Below the pieces are notes generated by a model. That model was not told where the DNA came from and searched no databases. It was given only the letters and a program-made list of their open reading frames with translations. This document shows, piece after piece, positions 21,219-32,396 of a stretch of DNA of 64,000 nucleotides (positions are counted from its first letter, which is position 1; each line of letters begins with the position of its first letter). A program made the translations under genes and the position numbers. The stretch is from an uncultured Nitrososphaeraceae archaeon (lineage in GTDB: Archaea > Thermoproteota > Nitrososphaeria > Nitrososphaerales > Nitrososphaeraceae), in the NCBI GenBank assembly GCA_963825865.1, contig CAWGVG010000014.1, positions 138,671 to 202,670 on the forward strand. Direction: 5' to 3'.

Positions 21219-22778
21219 ATGTCAAATCCTAATTATGGTGTATGGAGACCCATGGCAGAGAACGTGGAGTTCAATGCCTTAGAGTCAAATTCCAATGCGG
21301 TGATGGCCGTCGCAGATATGGTAAGAACAACTTTGGGGCCTAAGGGATTGGACAAGCTTCTAATAGATCAAGCTATGAACAGACATGTATCAAACGATGG
21401 CGTGACAATTTTGCTTTCTCTAAGGGCAATACATCCAGTTGCAAGAATGATTGTAGAGATAGCAGAAAGACAGGAACAGTTGGTTGGTGATGGAACAACA
21501 ACCGCCGTCGTGATGGCAGCGGAAATGATAAAGGAGGGCAAAAGGCTCATAAAGGAACTTGGTGTCCATCCAACAAAAGTTGTTGAAGGTATAGAAAGTG
21601 GAGTTAAACACGCTTGTCAGTTACTACAAAAAGAAACAAAGAAGATCTCTTTAAATGACATCGCACTAGAACAGATAGTCAAGACATCTTTGTCATCAAA
21701 GATGGATGGACAGAAACTCTCTTCACTCGTTATTTTGGCGTTGAGATCTGTAGGAAAAAATGCATCGTATAATGGATCATACGATTTTGATAAGTCGATA
21801 ATGGTTATTCGAAGGACTAACATGGAAGATAGAATTGTTAACGGTATAGTGCTTGAGAGAAAAAGAATGGATCCAGAGATGCCTTTGGAAATAAACGAGG
21901 CAAGGATCATGATCGTCAAATTGGATTTGAAGCCTGTTAAAGAAGCTTGGTTAAAGGAGAACAGCAAGTATGAAGAAATACTTAATATGGAAAATGATAG
22001 GGTTGTCAAAGTCAAAAGAGATAGTTGATGCCATGTTAGCAACCGGTGCAAATACTATTCTGATAGCATCTTCTGAAGTAGATCAGGTTATGGAAGATCT
22101 GCTTGTAGCAATAAAGGTATTTGCGGTACGTATATCTACAGAAGAGATAGAATACTTATCGCGTTATACTGGGGCTAAGCCTGTTAGAATGATGGAAGAC
22201 CTAAAAAAACAGATATTTTAGGTAAAGCAGATCACATCTATGAAGATGAAGATAATGGAGGTAATTTACATAGAGAATGGTTCTGGCAGGAATATGGTTA
22301 CGATGATAGTTTCTGGCACAACTAAGGAAACATCTCTTGAGCGGTGGAGGGCAGCTATAGACGGTGTAAATGCTGCCGAAGCAGCTCTTAATAATGGCGT
22401 TGTTGCAGGTGGAGGAGCTGCAGAATTGCATGTCGATAGAGAAAATAAAAAATCTGAGATTGAAAGGTCTGGAGCAGGTTGGACTTGAAGTTGTCACTTC
22501 AGCTCTTGAGAGCATCATGCGCCAGATACTTACAAATGCGGGTTATAATGGACTTGAAAAGGTTATGGCAGCAAAAGCTTCTCCTAGATGGTTTTGGTAT
22601 TGATATTGATTCAGGTGAAACGGTAGATATGTGGAAGAAGGGTGTGCTTGATCCTTTGCTGGTAAAGACGATGGCTCTTCAGGCTGCAGGAGAGATAGCT
22701 AAATCTGTTTTGCGAATAGATAGAAACTTAGCAGCAGAGGATCTGAGCCAACAGGCTATATCAGAGACAAAGAGGTGA
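21219..22778 (+). CDS. Divergent Cpn60/TCP-1 chaperonin within urease cluster (several frameshifts)
   Basis: TLGPKG, NDGVTIL, GDGTTT, GVVAGGGAAE, GVLDP...LRID across ORFs 21168, 21970, 22240, 22370 and 22479. Confidence 0.9.
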
Positions 22779-23175
22779 TTAATACAATATTGTTAATTCG
22801 TCATTGTGTTGAAGAATCTAATGTTGATGAAAACTTGATCGTAATAGATCCTACAAAGATAAGACATGTGAGTCATTGTGGCGGGTAGAATCGAATCAAT
22901 GTCAGGTCTGATTGATCCTGCTTCACACCTTAACCTTGATTATCCTGACCATAAAGTTACAAAATGTGTTATTGTTGAAAAATTTGAGAAAGGTGCCAAA
23001 GTAAGAATTAGGAGATAGAGGACTTGTTTTTGCAAATGTTGATGAAGATCAGCTTTTGATCATTATGGTTATGTTGACTATACACAAAGATTGTTCGAAT
23101 ATGATTAAAGCAGTAAAGAAGAAACGTAAATCAAAGATGACGATAAAAGGAGTAGAAGAAGGGATAGAAAGTTGA
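22775..23175 (+). CDS. Unknown ~130-aa protein coupled to the chaperonin and ureE (frameshifted)
   Basis: GTG overlaps chaperonin TGA; reads MINTILLIRHCVEE...DPTKIRHV / GRIESMSGLIDPASHLNLDYPDHKVTKCVIVEKFEKGAKV / YGYVDYTQRL...; stop overlaps ureE TTG. Confidence 0.6.
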
Positions 23176-23692
23176 TCACAATTGATTCAGTGATTGGAAA
23201 TATCAAACAAGAATAAGAAATTGAAGAAAAATATGATGAGATGTCTTACAAGAAAAGTTTGTGAAACTATTAAAATCAGCAGATTAGAATCACAACGAGT
23301 CAGGATGAGAAAGACATCTGACAAGGGTACGGATATTGCTCTGACCCTTCCACAAGGCACCCACCTTAGACATGGCGATGTTATTATGCTAACAGAAGAC
23401 AAGATGGTCGTTGTGGAGATAGAACCAGAGAATGTAGCGATGATCGAGATCAAAGATAACATACATAATGATAATGATATCATTGAAGTACCTGTTAGAG
23501 TTGGTCACACTATAGGCAACCTGCATCGTCCGATAAAGTTAGAAGGAAACAAAATTTACTTTCCAATTCAAGCTGGATACTGAACTAGAGATGTTCAAGA
23601 AGCTTTTTGCACCAGTAAATGAACATATAGAAATCAAGAAGACAAAGATGGTCTTCGAACCTGAAGAGGGCACAGAAATACATGAGCATTGA
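23172..23692 (+). CDS. ureE: Urease accessory protein UreE (frameshifted)
   Basis: LRHGDVI, VGHTIGNLHRP; position in ure cluster. Confidence 0.85.
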
Positions 23693-24394
23693 CAAGATAA
23701 GGATAGAAGAAATAAGTATACTGCAGACTATCTGATTCTTTTTTTCCAACTGGTATGTATGCAACATCAAATGGCCTGGAAGCATTATTTTATAGTAAGA
23801 AGATAAAGCATGCAAACGAATTGCGTGATCTGATTAAAAGTATATATGGAACACCAAATAGGGCCTGACAGATTGTACTGCTCTAGGAAACTCCTATGAA
23901 TATGCATATAAGGATCAGATTTAGCCAAATTGATAGAAGTAGATCAAATAATATTTTCAATGAAACTTATTAAGGAGATAAGAGACGACTTCAACCAGAT
24001 CTGGTACTCAGCTACTCAGATGCTTAAGCTATTTCATAACTGATAACGAATTATTGAATAGATATCAAGAAGCAATAAAGAATAGACAGGCTTCTGGTGT
24101 ATATCCTGTAGCATTGGCGATTGCAAGTAGCACTCTAAATATTCCAAAGCAGAAAGCTGGCCTGATGATGCTTTATGCTTTTTCAGTAAGCATAGTCGGA
24201 GCAGCGTTAAGATTGGGTATGTTACAGCATTTTGATGGCCAAAGAATCATTCATGAATTAAAACCCACTATTTTGGAAACAGTAGATAAACAACATTGAT
24301 AGACCATTAATGAGCATGTGGCAGTTTGCCCCAGAAATAGATATTATTCAGATAACACATGAAAGAATGGGATTCAAAAATGTTTATTACTTGA
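23682..24394 (+). CDS. ureF: Urease accessory protein UreF (multiple frameshifts)
   Basis: SDSFFPTGMYATSNGLE, GAALRLG...GQRI, C-terminal HE...MFIT. Confidence 0.85.
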
Positions 24395-24413
24395 TTGCAG
24401 TCGTACTTTTTTT

Positions 24414-25081
24414 GTGAGCTCTAAACGAATACCTAGAATAGGAATTGGTGGCCCTGTTGGTTCAGGAAAAACCATGCTAATAGAGCAGAGTCGTTCCTAT
24501 ATTATCAGCTAGAGGTTATAGAGCAGGTATAATTTCAAATGATGTAGTCTCAAGGGAAGATGCCGATAGGATGAGACAGAAATCTAGCATCTGAAAGGGG
24601 GTTGATGGCTGAAGATTTAGTAATTGGATTAGCAACTGGAGGATGTCCTCATACAGCTGTACGTGAAGATCCGTCAATGAATATATCGGTAGTAGAGGAG
24701 ATGGAAGTAAAGCACAATGATGATCTCGATTTGATTATAATTGAGAGTGGAGGAGACAATATTACAACCACGTTTAGCCCTGCTCTAGCTGATTACTTTA
24801 TATATATTATAGATGTTTCTGGTGGCGATAAATATCCAAGAAAGAGAGGTCTGGGTATAGAGAGTTGTGATCTCTTGGTGATAAATAAGATCGATATTGC
24901 ACATACGTTGGCGCGGATCTTAGCATAATGGAGAGAGATGCCAAGGCTGTAAGAGGAAATAAGCCATATGTCTTAGTGAACTGCAAGAACGGGTCAAGGG
25001 GTTAAAGAAGTAACAGAGCACATTATAAGAGAGCTTCTTTTCGAGTCCCCTCCAAAAGCTGTTGCAAAAAATAGGGCATAG
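24414..25081 (+). CDS. ureG: Urease accessory GTPase UreG (frameshifted)
   Basis: IGIGGPVGSGKT, TGGCPHTAVRED, ESGGDN, NKID. Confidence 0.92.
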
Positions 25082-25093
25082 TCATAATAATTA

Positions 25094-26025
25094 ATGAATA
25101 ACATAGAGTTTTACACTCCAAATGATATTCCTCCTGAGGTATTAGCATATGGATCCGAGTTGAAACAACTTGGAGTAGGAAAAGCAGGAAAGATTGGTGC
25201 CCTGACATTAGGATTAGAGACAAGATATAGAAAGAGGAAAGACTGTTGTTAAAGAACAGTATTCGAAGGTTCCACTTTATACTCAAAGAGCATTATACCT
25301 AGAGGAGTCATTACCTTCGATGGCGTACATTTACATAATATCTCCATCTGGAGGTATACTGCAGGGGGACAGATACAGAATGGATATAACACTGAACAAT
25401 AACGCATATTGCTCATATAACAACACAAGGTGCAACGAGGGTATACAGAATGGAAAAAAATTATGCTACACAGATAGTAAATGTTGTTGTTGACGATGGC
25501 TGTTATTTTGAATTTATTCCCGACCAAATAATCCCTTATCGCGACTCACGTTTCTACCAGAAAGTTAACCTGAAAGTTCATGATAATGCAACGATGGTCT
25601 ATTCCGAAATGATAGTTCCAGGAAGAGTTGCCAGAGGAGAATCATTTGAATACGATATATGTTACATGAAGGCTTTAGCAAGGAATCAAAATCATATGTT
25701 AAGGTTCATCGATATTGCCGTATTAGAGCCTAAGAAACGTATCTTGAAGACACTTGGGATACTGGGCAATTTCGACGTCGTAGGAAATATGTACATACTC
25801 ACAAAGACGAAATATGTGGCAGAATTAAGTGAGAGAATAAATTCCGTATCACAAAAGTTTAGCCGTATTTCAGGAGGAGCAACAATATTGCCTCATGATT
25901 CTGGTGTAATAGTAAGAATACTTGGAGAGGTTGCAAGCGACCTTAGAACTGCTATGTATGAGATAATCAAAGTCACTAGAAGGATTATACTCAATGCGTC
26001 CTTTAGCGGAGTAAGGAAAGGTTAA
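25094..26025 (+). CDS. ureD: Urease accessory protein UreD (frameshifted 5' part)
   Basis: SPSGGILQGDRY, TTQGATRVY, PDQIIPY, PGRVARGESF. Confidence 0.9.
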
Positions 26026-26067
26026 GCCATGTGCAACTAAATATTTCATTTTTAACCTGATTTTAAA

Positions 26068-26253
26068 CTATGTCTTTTTATTCTATCTCCTACCCGTAAT
26101 CCAGAACTCGGTAACCTTTATCCTATGTCCTTTCTTATCACGGTGCATATTAGCAATTCATAATATATCGAATACTTCATTACAATCTTCACACCACGCA
26201 GTAAGGCTTTTTCTGTGCCTATCAAATGCATTCATAGAATGTGTGTCCATCAT
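26068..26253 (-). pseudogene. C2H2-type micro-protein with in-frame TGA
   Basis: WCEDCNEVFDIL*IANMHRDKKGH. Confidence 0.45.
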
Positions 26254-26352
26254 AATTTATTATGATTCCTGGGTAAATGTCTTTGCATTAACATACATTT
26301 CCCAAGATTTACTAACTAATTTGCATAAATGATTTTTTCCAACTACGATAGA

Positions 26353-26538
26353 TTACTTAAGAATGACTATGGCGGGAATAAATTGCTCATCTGGATATGC
26401 TTGTTTAATAAAAGCCAACATTTGGATATAACATTCGCTGCCTTTGAAGGTGTTAGTAGTTAGTACCCCTTGCCACATATTTGCCCTTACTGTAATTGTA
26501 TCTGGCTTTAACTCTAACTGTATCTTAAATGATTCCAT
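26353..26538 (-). CDS. Hypothetical protein
   Basis: 61-aa ORF only. Confidence 0.3.
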   Translation of the reverse strand: MESFKIQLELKPDTITVRANMWQGVLTTNTFKGSECYIQMLAFIKQAYPDEQFIPAIVILK

Positions 26539-26589
26539 AATTGTTTAAATTTGCCTGTTACAATTTATTATTCTTTCTTACAATAGGCA

Positions 26590-27059
26590 GACAGACTTCC
26601 TCGCTAGTAACCTAAGCGAAACGATTTTCTTTTCCTTGATGTCTACAGCAGCAACGTGTATGTTCAGATAATCTTTCCTTAAATGCCATTTACGTTACAT
26701 CCATTCACCTCTATTTGTAACTTTGATACCAGTGCTACAATCACAATGTCATTTCCAACAGGATCATTAATCTTAGTATTTAACCTGCTTGCTGGTCTAC
26801 ATTATTTAGTAGTCTGGAATGGATGGAATCTTAATACCTGCATGCACACTGACTACACCTTCAGTCTGTCTATATAGTAGGTGGAAAAATACTCGCTTAT
26901 AATTAAGCAATTGGACAAAGGAATCATGGCAAGAGAGTGGGTCGCCTTTCCTATCATCATTCATCTCACGTAACTCCTGTTTCCAGTTGTCAATAACACC
27001 AAAATCTAGAATTACTTCACCATGTCTGAGAGTGCTTCGTTATAAAAAATCCAGTTCAT
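26590..27059 (-). mobile_element. IS5-family transposase remnant
   Basis: Broken frames: MNWIFYNEAL...GEVILDFGVIDNWKQEL...YRQTEG...STGIKVTNRGEWM...YLNIHVA.VDIKEKKIVSL.VTSEEV. Confidence 0.75.
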
Positions 27060-27547
27060 CACCACGAGTTAATATCGTCAAGTAATCTATGTAATGATTG
27101 GTCAAACGGCCCTAACAAAATGATGAATCATGCAACAATTCAGTAGATTACAAAAATAAAATTAGTTTGTCATTATGATGGATAAAATTGATCTTATATC
27201 CCACATAGCTCTCGAAAAGATATCTCTATTGTAGTATGCTGGAATAAATAATTATTTGCACAAGAAATGTGGAGTGAGATATTGGTCATTACTATACTGT
27301 TTCAATAATACTCATATAATCTATAACATTTTTTAGCAGGTTATTGTAACTATAGATTAGTGAATTCCTATAAATCAAAAAATATTGTTTTTCATCATAC
27401 ACATGATGTGGATAACCGCTATCAGAGAATAAAACATTATTATTGTAGAATCCATGATTTAAAAATATTATGTGTATTCTATATTACAAAGTTCTCTGAT
27501 ATTAATACGATGTATTTATTTATTACAGCGAGTTAAGAGTCGGCGAT

Positions 27548-28159
27548 GTGCCATATGTAACCAAATCGCACTATGATATAACTTTTCTTACAGATATTAG
27601 TGGTGAGGAAATGCAAAAGGTATTGATGTTTCTTGACAATGCAAATAAAATTATTGGTGAATATTTTGGGCTCAGAACATCATTTGATATCGTTATTTGT
27701 AGTGGAAGTTGGGAGATGGAAGTTCAAGTAATATCTAGAAGACGTCAGTTATCTTTACTACAATACGATGACACAAAATGTGTGGCAATGACTGATTATC
27801 GTTTACAAGAGATCATCATCAGGTATGACACTGCAAAATTTGGTCACTATTTACACGAGCTAATACATGGAATTTTAAGCAAAAATCATTCTCAACAACT
27901 CAGAGAAGGTTTAGCATGGTATTTTACTTTGCAGTTAACAGAACCGTACAAATACGTAAGGCCCTCATATCCTTCATGGGTCGATCACCTTTATGTATAC
28001 CCAGTAAAGAAATTAGCGCGAATTGTCGGAGATGACTTCTTGAAAGACTTTGCGCTTGGAAAAGCATTCATCCATAAAAATGCTCTTCCAAATGATGTAC
28101 AGGATCTATTTCTACCTGAGGAATTATTTTATGCAACAAAAAGACGGTATCATAGATAA
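27548..28159 (+). CDS. Putative zincin-like metalloprotein
   Basis: HELIH followed by LREGLA (gluzincin-type arrangement). Confidence 0.6.
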   Translation: MPYVTKSHYDITFLTDISGEEMQKVLMFLDNANKIIGEYFGLRTSFDIVICSGSWEMEVQVISRRRQLSLLQYDDTKCVAMTDYRLQEIIIRYDTAKFGHYLHELIHGILSKNHSQQLREGLAWYFTLQLTEPYKYVRPSYPSWVDHLYVYPVKKLARIVGDDFLKDFALGKAFIHKNALPNDVQDLFLPEELFYATKRRYHR

Positions 28160-28587
28160 CACAGTACTATTATTGATTTATAGGCTTTATATCGTATGAG
28201 ATATTATTTAGGTTCTGGTTAATTATTGCTAAAAACACATAGTCTTCTGAGATGCTTATTTTGTGATTATCACATCATTTGATTCTGGATCTAATGGAAT
28301 AGCCCCAATTATAATAAATTGCATTTGCCACAGTACCTTATCTGAATCGGCCAAATGCTCCAGCGGTTGTGAAGGGAGTCATATATTAGCAGTATAAAGA
28401 AGTATTACTTAGAAGGAAGCCAGTATTACTTAGATCACGAATCCGCTATTGTATTTCGTTAAGATCTGATCACTATCGATTACTGTCGTTTCTTTTGTTT
28501 AATATTGTTATATTACTGGGAGTAACTGTATTTTGCTTCACTGATGGTTATGATACTTATGATACTAGTATGGCTCTCTTGTTGTTA

Positions 28588-30786
28588 TTATTTTGGAATG
28601 TAATTATGATTAACTTTGTAAATTAGCACTCCAAATACTACACCTGGATTGTTGCTCCTAAAACTAGGTGACGCATACACTAGATGAAATGGCTGATGGT
28701 TATCTCCATTGTCGGGATATTTAATGTGCTTGGAATGGAGTGCAATAGTGCCAGGCGAGTATTGTTGTGTGAGATTAGTTAAGAGTCCCCCTCGTATTGA
28801 AGCATAAGTTTCTGGGGTAAAAGGAATTAACTGGCCTAGAAGAGTTCTATTCCAGAAAATTGGAGTAGGAGTTAATCCATCTTGCTCTAAGTACTTGCTC
28901 TCATCAAACCCTCCTATTCTTATAAACCACTGCTTCTTGCTTTCATCTCCTCCATTACCTAAAGTATAAAAAGAGGTACCATTAACCCCAGCGAAACGTT
29001 GCGCTACTATGTAAATTAGAATGTAATCCGACTTCAGATCCTGTGCAGTTTTAATTCCATCTTTTGTGTCATCCATAAACATTTTTGCAATAGTTTGTAT
29101 ACGTGTTTGATTAATAGTTCCATTATCTGCTAAGCTAGTTCGATTGCCCAGTGTAGTTATCCAATACCCATAGTCCCACCACGATGCAATTACTGCATTT
29201 TTTGGAGTATTTTTTGAAATCCAATCCAAAGCATCTATCCAGTCATTAGTCTGCAGTCGATACCCTGTGCCACCATTAGCTATTGATGGAGGAATGTCTA
29301 CCAAGGTTAGCCAATTGGAGTTGGATGGATATACCATTGGAATTGAAAGCATGAAGATAATTACCGCGACGTATGCAATTCGGATAATTCTTGCCTGGAT
29401 TGGTCGCTGGACTCCTCCACTACTGTGCTCGAATTTTTTCTTTTTCTTTGTTTTTCTCGCTTTTGTTGCTGAGGTTGGTATCAAACCTGATGATGATTCT
29501 CTACGCTCTAGTATACTTCGTGTTACCTCGTATATACCCAGGCCTGCCAAGACAATGATTCCAATTGAGGCATATACTAGCAATCTGGCAAATGTTGCAC
29601 TGACATAAACTCCTGTAAGTCCGATAATTAATGCAAATATCGACATGTCGTCCCTACGTTTAAAAGCCATCCATGCACCAAGCCCCGCGAACATTAAGAG
29701 AATGGAGTAATCATTAAAATAATCTACCAAGGTGGGTGTAAAATGTTCGGCGACTGATGCGGTTAAAGCATTTTGCGTGGATAGAAACGGGTTGATGGCG
29801 TTAAGATATCTAAACGACGAAGGATTATATGCACCCGCACTGACGACACCTATCGCAACTGCTACGAATGCAACTAAAAGAAACAGTGTATTTCGGATCT
29901 CATTTCTTGGCTGAGTGAACTTTTTCAAAAGGTTTGCAATAATCAAAAATACTGTGCTACCGATTAAAGCAATACCTGGCAAACCCGTCACAAAAGAAAT
30001 TCCCGGTCTTGGAAATCCTCCTGCACTTATCATAGTAAATATCGTAAATGCAATCGCAACATACATCGGAATTTGCGTATCTCTCCTAAAAAATGGAAGA
30101 GCAATCAAAAATAATGAAAGCGGAATGCTAAAGTACTGGATTCCTCCCCATGATGCATTCGCAAGTCCAAGTATTATGCCGCCTGCCACTGCTTTTGGAA
30201 TAGCATATTTAACTTCTCTATGCTTTATTGCAGAAAGAAACATGTAAACTGAAAGCAAGCCAAAAAATAGTCCAACAGGTTCCGATTTGAACCATCCTAG
30301 GTTCCCCCTCTGGATGATAGCCGGGGAGAAAGCGAATAATAGAGCTGAGAACATTCCAGCGGTAGTACCACCCATTATTCTTACAAGAGCAAAAACAATT
30401 ACCGTAGTCAATGAACCGATAACTACTGGCAGGATAATTGTAAAATTTAACAAGGATTGACCCGCACCAAACGCACTATACAACAAAGCAGTAACTACAT
30501 GAAGTCCTGACTGAGACGTCCCGGGAATATTGCGTCCTTCAGGATACCATGACATTGTATCATGCCATTTCCAGTATGCATCAAGACCATGATCCACAAT
30601 ATACTTGGTAGCACGATAATCAAAGTAAGGATCAAACTCGTTTAGAAAATAACCGTATTTTATAGGATAAGCTCTCATGATAAACGCAGTAGTAAATGCA
30701 ATAGACAAAACGCAAATAACTAAAAGATGCCTTGTCTGAAATTCAAAACCAGCTGTTCTTAATAGAGTCTTGCGACCTTCTAGCAT
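28588..30786 (-). CDS. aglB: Oligosaccharyltransferase AglB (STT3)
   Basis: EFDPYF, SVAEH, WWDYGY motif, many TM helices. Confidence 0.95.
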   Translation of the reverse strand: MLEGRKTLLRTAGFEFQTRHLLVICVLSIAFTTAFIMRAYPIKYGYFLNEFDPYFDYRATKYIVDHGLDAYWKWHDTMSWYPEGRNIPGTSQSGLHVVTALLYSAFGAGQSLLNFTIILPVVIGSLTTVIVFALVRIMGGTTAGMFSALLFAFSPAIIQRGNLGWFKSEPVGLFFGLLSVYMFLSAIKHREVKYAIPKAVAGGIILGLANASWGGIQYFSIPLSLFLIALPFFRRDTQIPMYVAIAFTIFTMISAGGFPRPGISFVTGLPGIALIGSTVFLIIANLLKKFTQPRNEIRNTLFLLVAFVAVAIGVVSAGAYNPSSFRYLNAINPFLSTQNALTASVAEHFTPTLVDYFNDYSILLMFAGLGAWMAFKRRDDMSIFALIIGLTGVYVSATFARLLVYASIGIIVLAGLGIYEVTRSILERRESSSGLIPTSATKARKTKKKKKFEHSSGGVQRPIQARIIRIAYVAVIIFMLSIPMVYPSNSNWLTLVDIPPSIANGGTGYRLQTNDWIDALDWISKNTPKNAVIASWWDYGYWITTLGNRTSLADNGTINQTRIQTIAKMFMDDTKDGIKTAQDLKSDYILIYIVAQRFAGVNGTSFYTLGNGGDESKKQWFIRIGGFDESKYLEQDGLTPTPIFWNRTLLGQLIPFTPETYASIRGGLLTNLTQQYSPGTIALHSKHIKYPDNGDNHQPFHLVYASPSFRSNNPGVVFGVLIYKVNHNYIPK

Positions 30787-31272
30787 TATAATGTGAGTTA
30801 ATTTACCCTCTTTTTTAAGGTACTGTCAAGAAATAATAAAAAATATACCTAAGTTAGCATGATTATAAATGAGGCAAAATGCAATATCATCTATGATATT
30901 ACAATAAAAGAGGAATTAAGTAGCAATTTTGGGTTATGTTCAATCTAATGTTGTTTAAAATTGTTGTTCTAAATTTGTTGGTGAATTTTAGCTGATTATA
31001 AAATCACTATCATCACCGAAGTTTAAATTGAAGATTAATTCTGCTAATGACTTTTGGTAAATATTAAGTGGTCGAAGCCTTGAAGAACTCAAAAGATTGT
31101 TGAATCCCATATGAAAAAAGAACTAGATATATTTGAAATGCAATGGAACAACAAAAGATAAAACAAAACCCATTTTTGTAATTCTAGTTTTGGATATAAA
31201 AAATGATGATTGATAAAAGAAGGGGAGAACCACAGTTTGATCACTGTGCGTCATAAGAAAGAGATTAATCAA

Positions 31273-31344
31273 TCACTTCTTTGATGACTTAGTCCCTGCT
31301 TTGACTTTCTTTGCAGACTTTGCCCCTTTTTTCTTTGCTGCCAT
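31273..31344 (-). CDS. 23-aa Lys/Ala-rich basic peptide
   Basis: MAAKKKGAKSAKKVKAGTKSSKK; TATA-like element upstream; hairpin and pyrimidine tract downstream. Confidence 0.55.
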   Translation of the reverse strand: MAAKKKGAKSAKKVKAGTKSSKK

Positions 31345-31400
31345 TTTCATTTATATAAAAAAAGAAATCATATTTAAGTTTTTTAATACAGTTTATTAAT

Positions 31401-31419
31401 ACAGTGTATAATACACTGT
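31401..31419. promoter_or_regulatory. Perfect inverted repeat ACAGTGTAT-A-ATACACTGT
   Basis: Directly visible; lies between the MBL gene end and the basic-peptide promoter. Confidence 0.45.
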
Positions 31420-31447
31420 TCGCAACAATTATTTTTTTCCTTGCTCA

Positions 31448-32119
31448 TTATTCTCGTTCTAAGATTTTTGTTTCGCATATCTTAACAAGCTCTCTGAATA
31501 TTTCGGCATCTTTTTGTGTACCAACTATTGCTCCATAGTGCATTGGTATTGCAAGCTTCTTAGGCTTGATAATTTCATCAACTGCTTGAGCAGCCTCTTC
31601 AGCTGTCATAACATATGTACCTGAAACAGGTACAAATACAATGTCGGGATTGATGGATTTCATTTCAGGAATAATATCTGTATCACCGGTATGGTATATA
31701 CGTTGATTGCTCAATGTAAAAATAAATCCGACCTTGTTGTCATCCTTTGGATGAAATTTTTTATTTGTATTATATGCTGGCACAATTTCAACTGGAATAT
31801 CTTGAATAACTAATCTATCGCCTGGTTGCACTCCTTTTACCTCCTTAACATCCAGTCCTTTTAGCTGTTCAATGCATTCTTGTGCAGCAATTATGCTCGT
31901 TCGCTTACTTATAACATGTTTCAAGTCATCCATACTTAAATGGTCAAAGTGATTGTGAGAAATGAGAAGGATGTCTGCATCGTTTTTATCATGGTTGCTA
32001 GTTGTAACCTGATACGGATCAATATATATGGTCTTGTTGTCACCGTTATTGTTGTAGCCGACTATTCTAAATCCATCATGACCCATCCAATAAAATTTGA
32101 TACCATTATAATCTAGCAT
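31448..32119 (-). CDS. MBL-fold metallo-hydrolase
   Basis: SHNHFDH, YHTGDT, PMHYG. Confidence 0.92.
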   Translation of the reverse strand: MLDYNGIKFYWMGHDGFRIVGYNNNGDNKTIYIDPYQVTTSNHDKNDADILLISHNHFDHLSMDDLKHVISKRTSIIAAQECIEQLKGLDVKEVKGVQPGDRLVIQDIPVEIVPAYNTNKKFHPKDDNKVGFIFTLSNQRIYHTGDTDIIPEMKSINPDIVFVPVSGTYVMTAEEAAQAVDEIIKPKKLAIPMHYGAIVGTQKDAEIFRELVKICETKILERE

Positions 32120-32396
32120 ATATTACTCTATTATTTTATCCTAAATAATACCACTTTATTTATACTTTCCAAATATGGACTCCCAACTAAAGACTAACTA
32201 TTCCTTTCTCAATGAAAAATTGGCTGTCTACCAACTTCTACTACCACACTAATAATTACTTATCAAATATCTCTTTCTATTTTGATGTTATTTCCATGTC
32301 ACTTAATAAAGTCTAATAATTTTATTTTATTCAATAAGGCACAAAAGACTATGAATCATCGATTTAACCCAATAATAATTTTTTATTCAAAATAAT

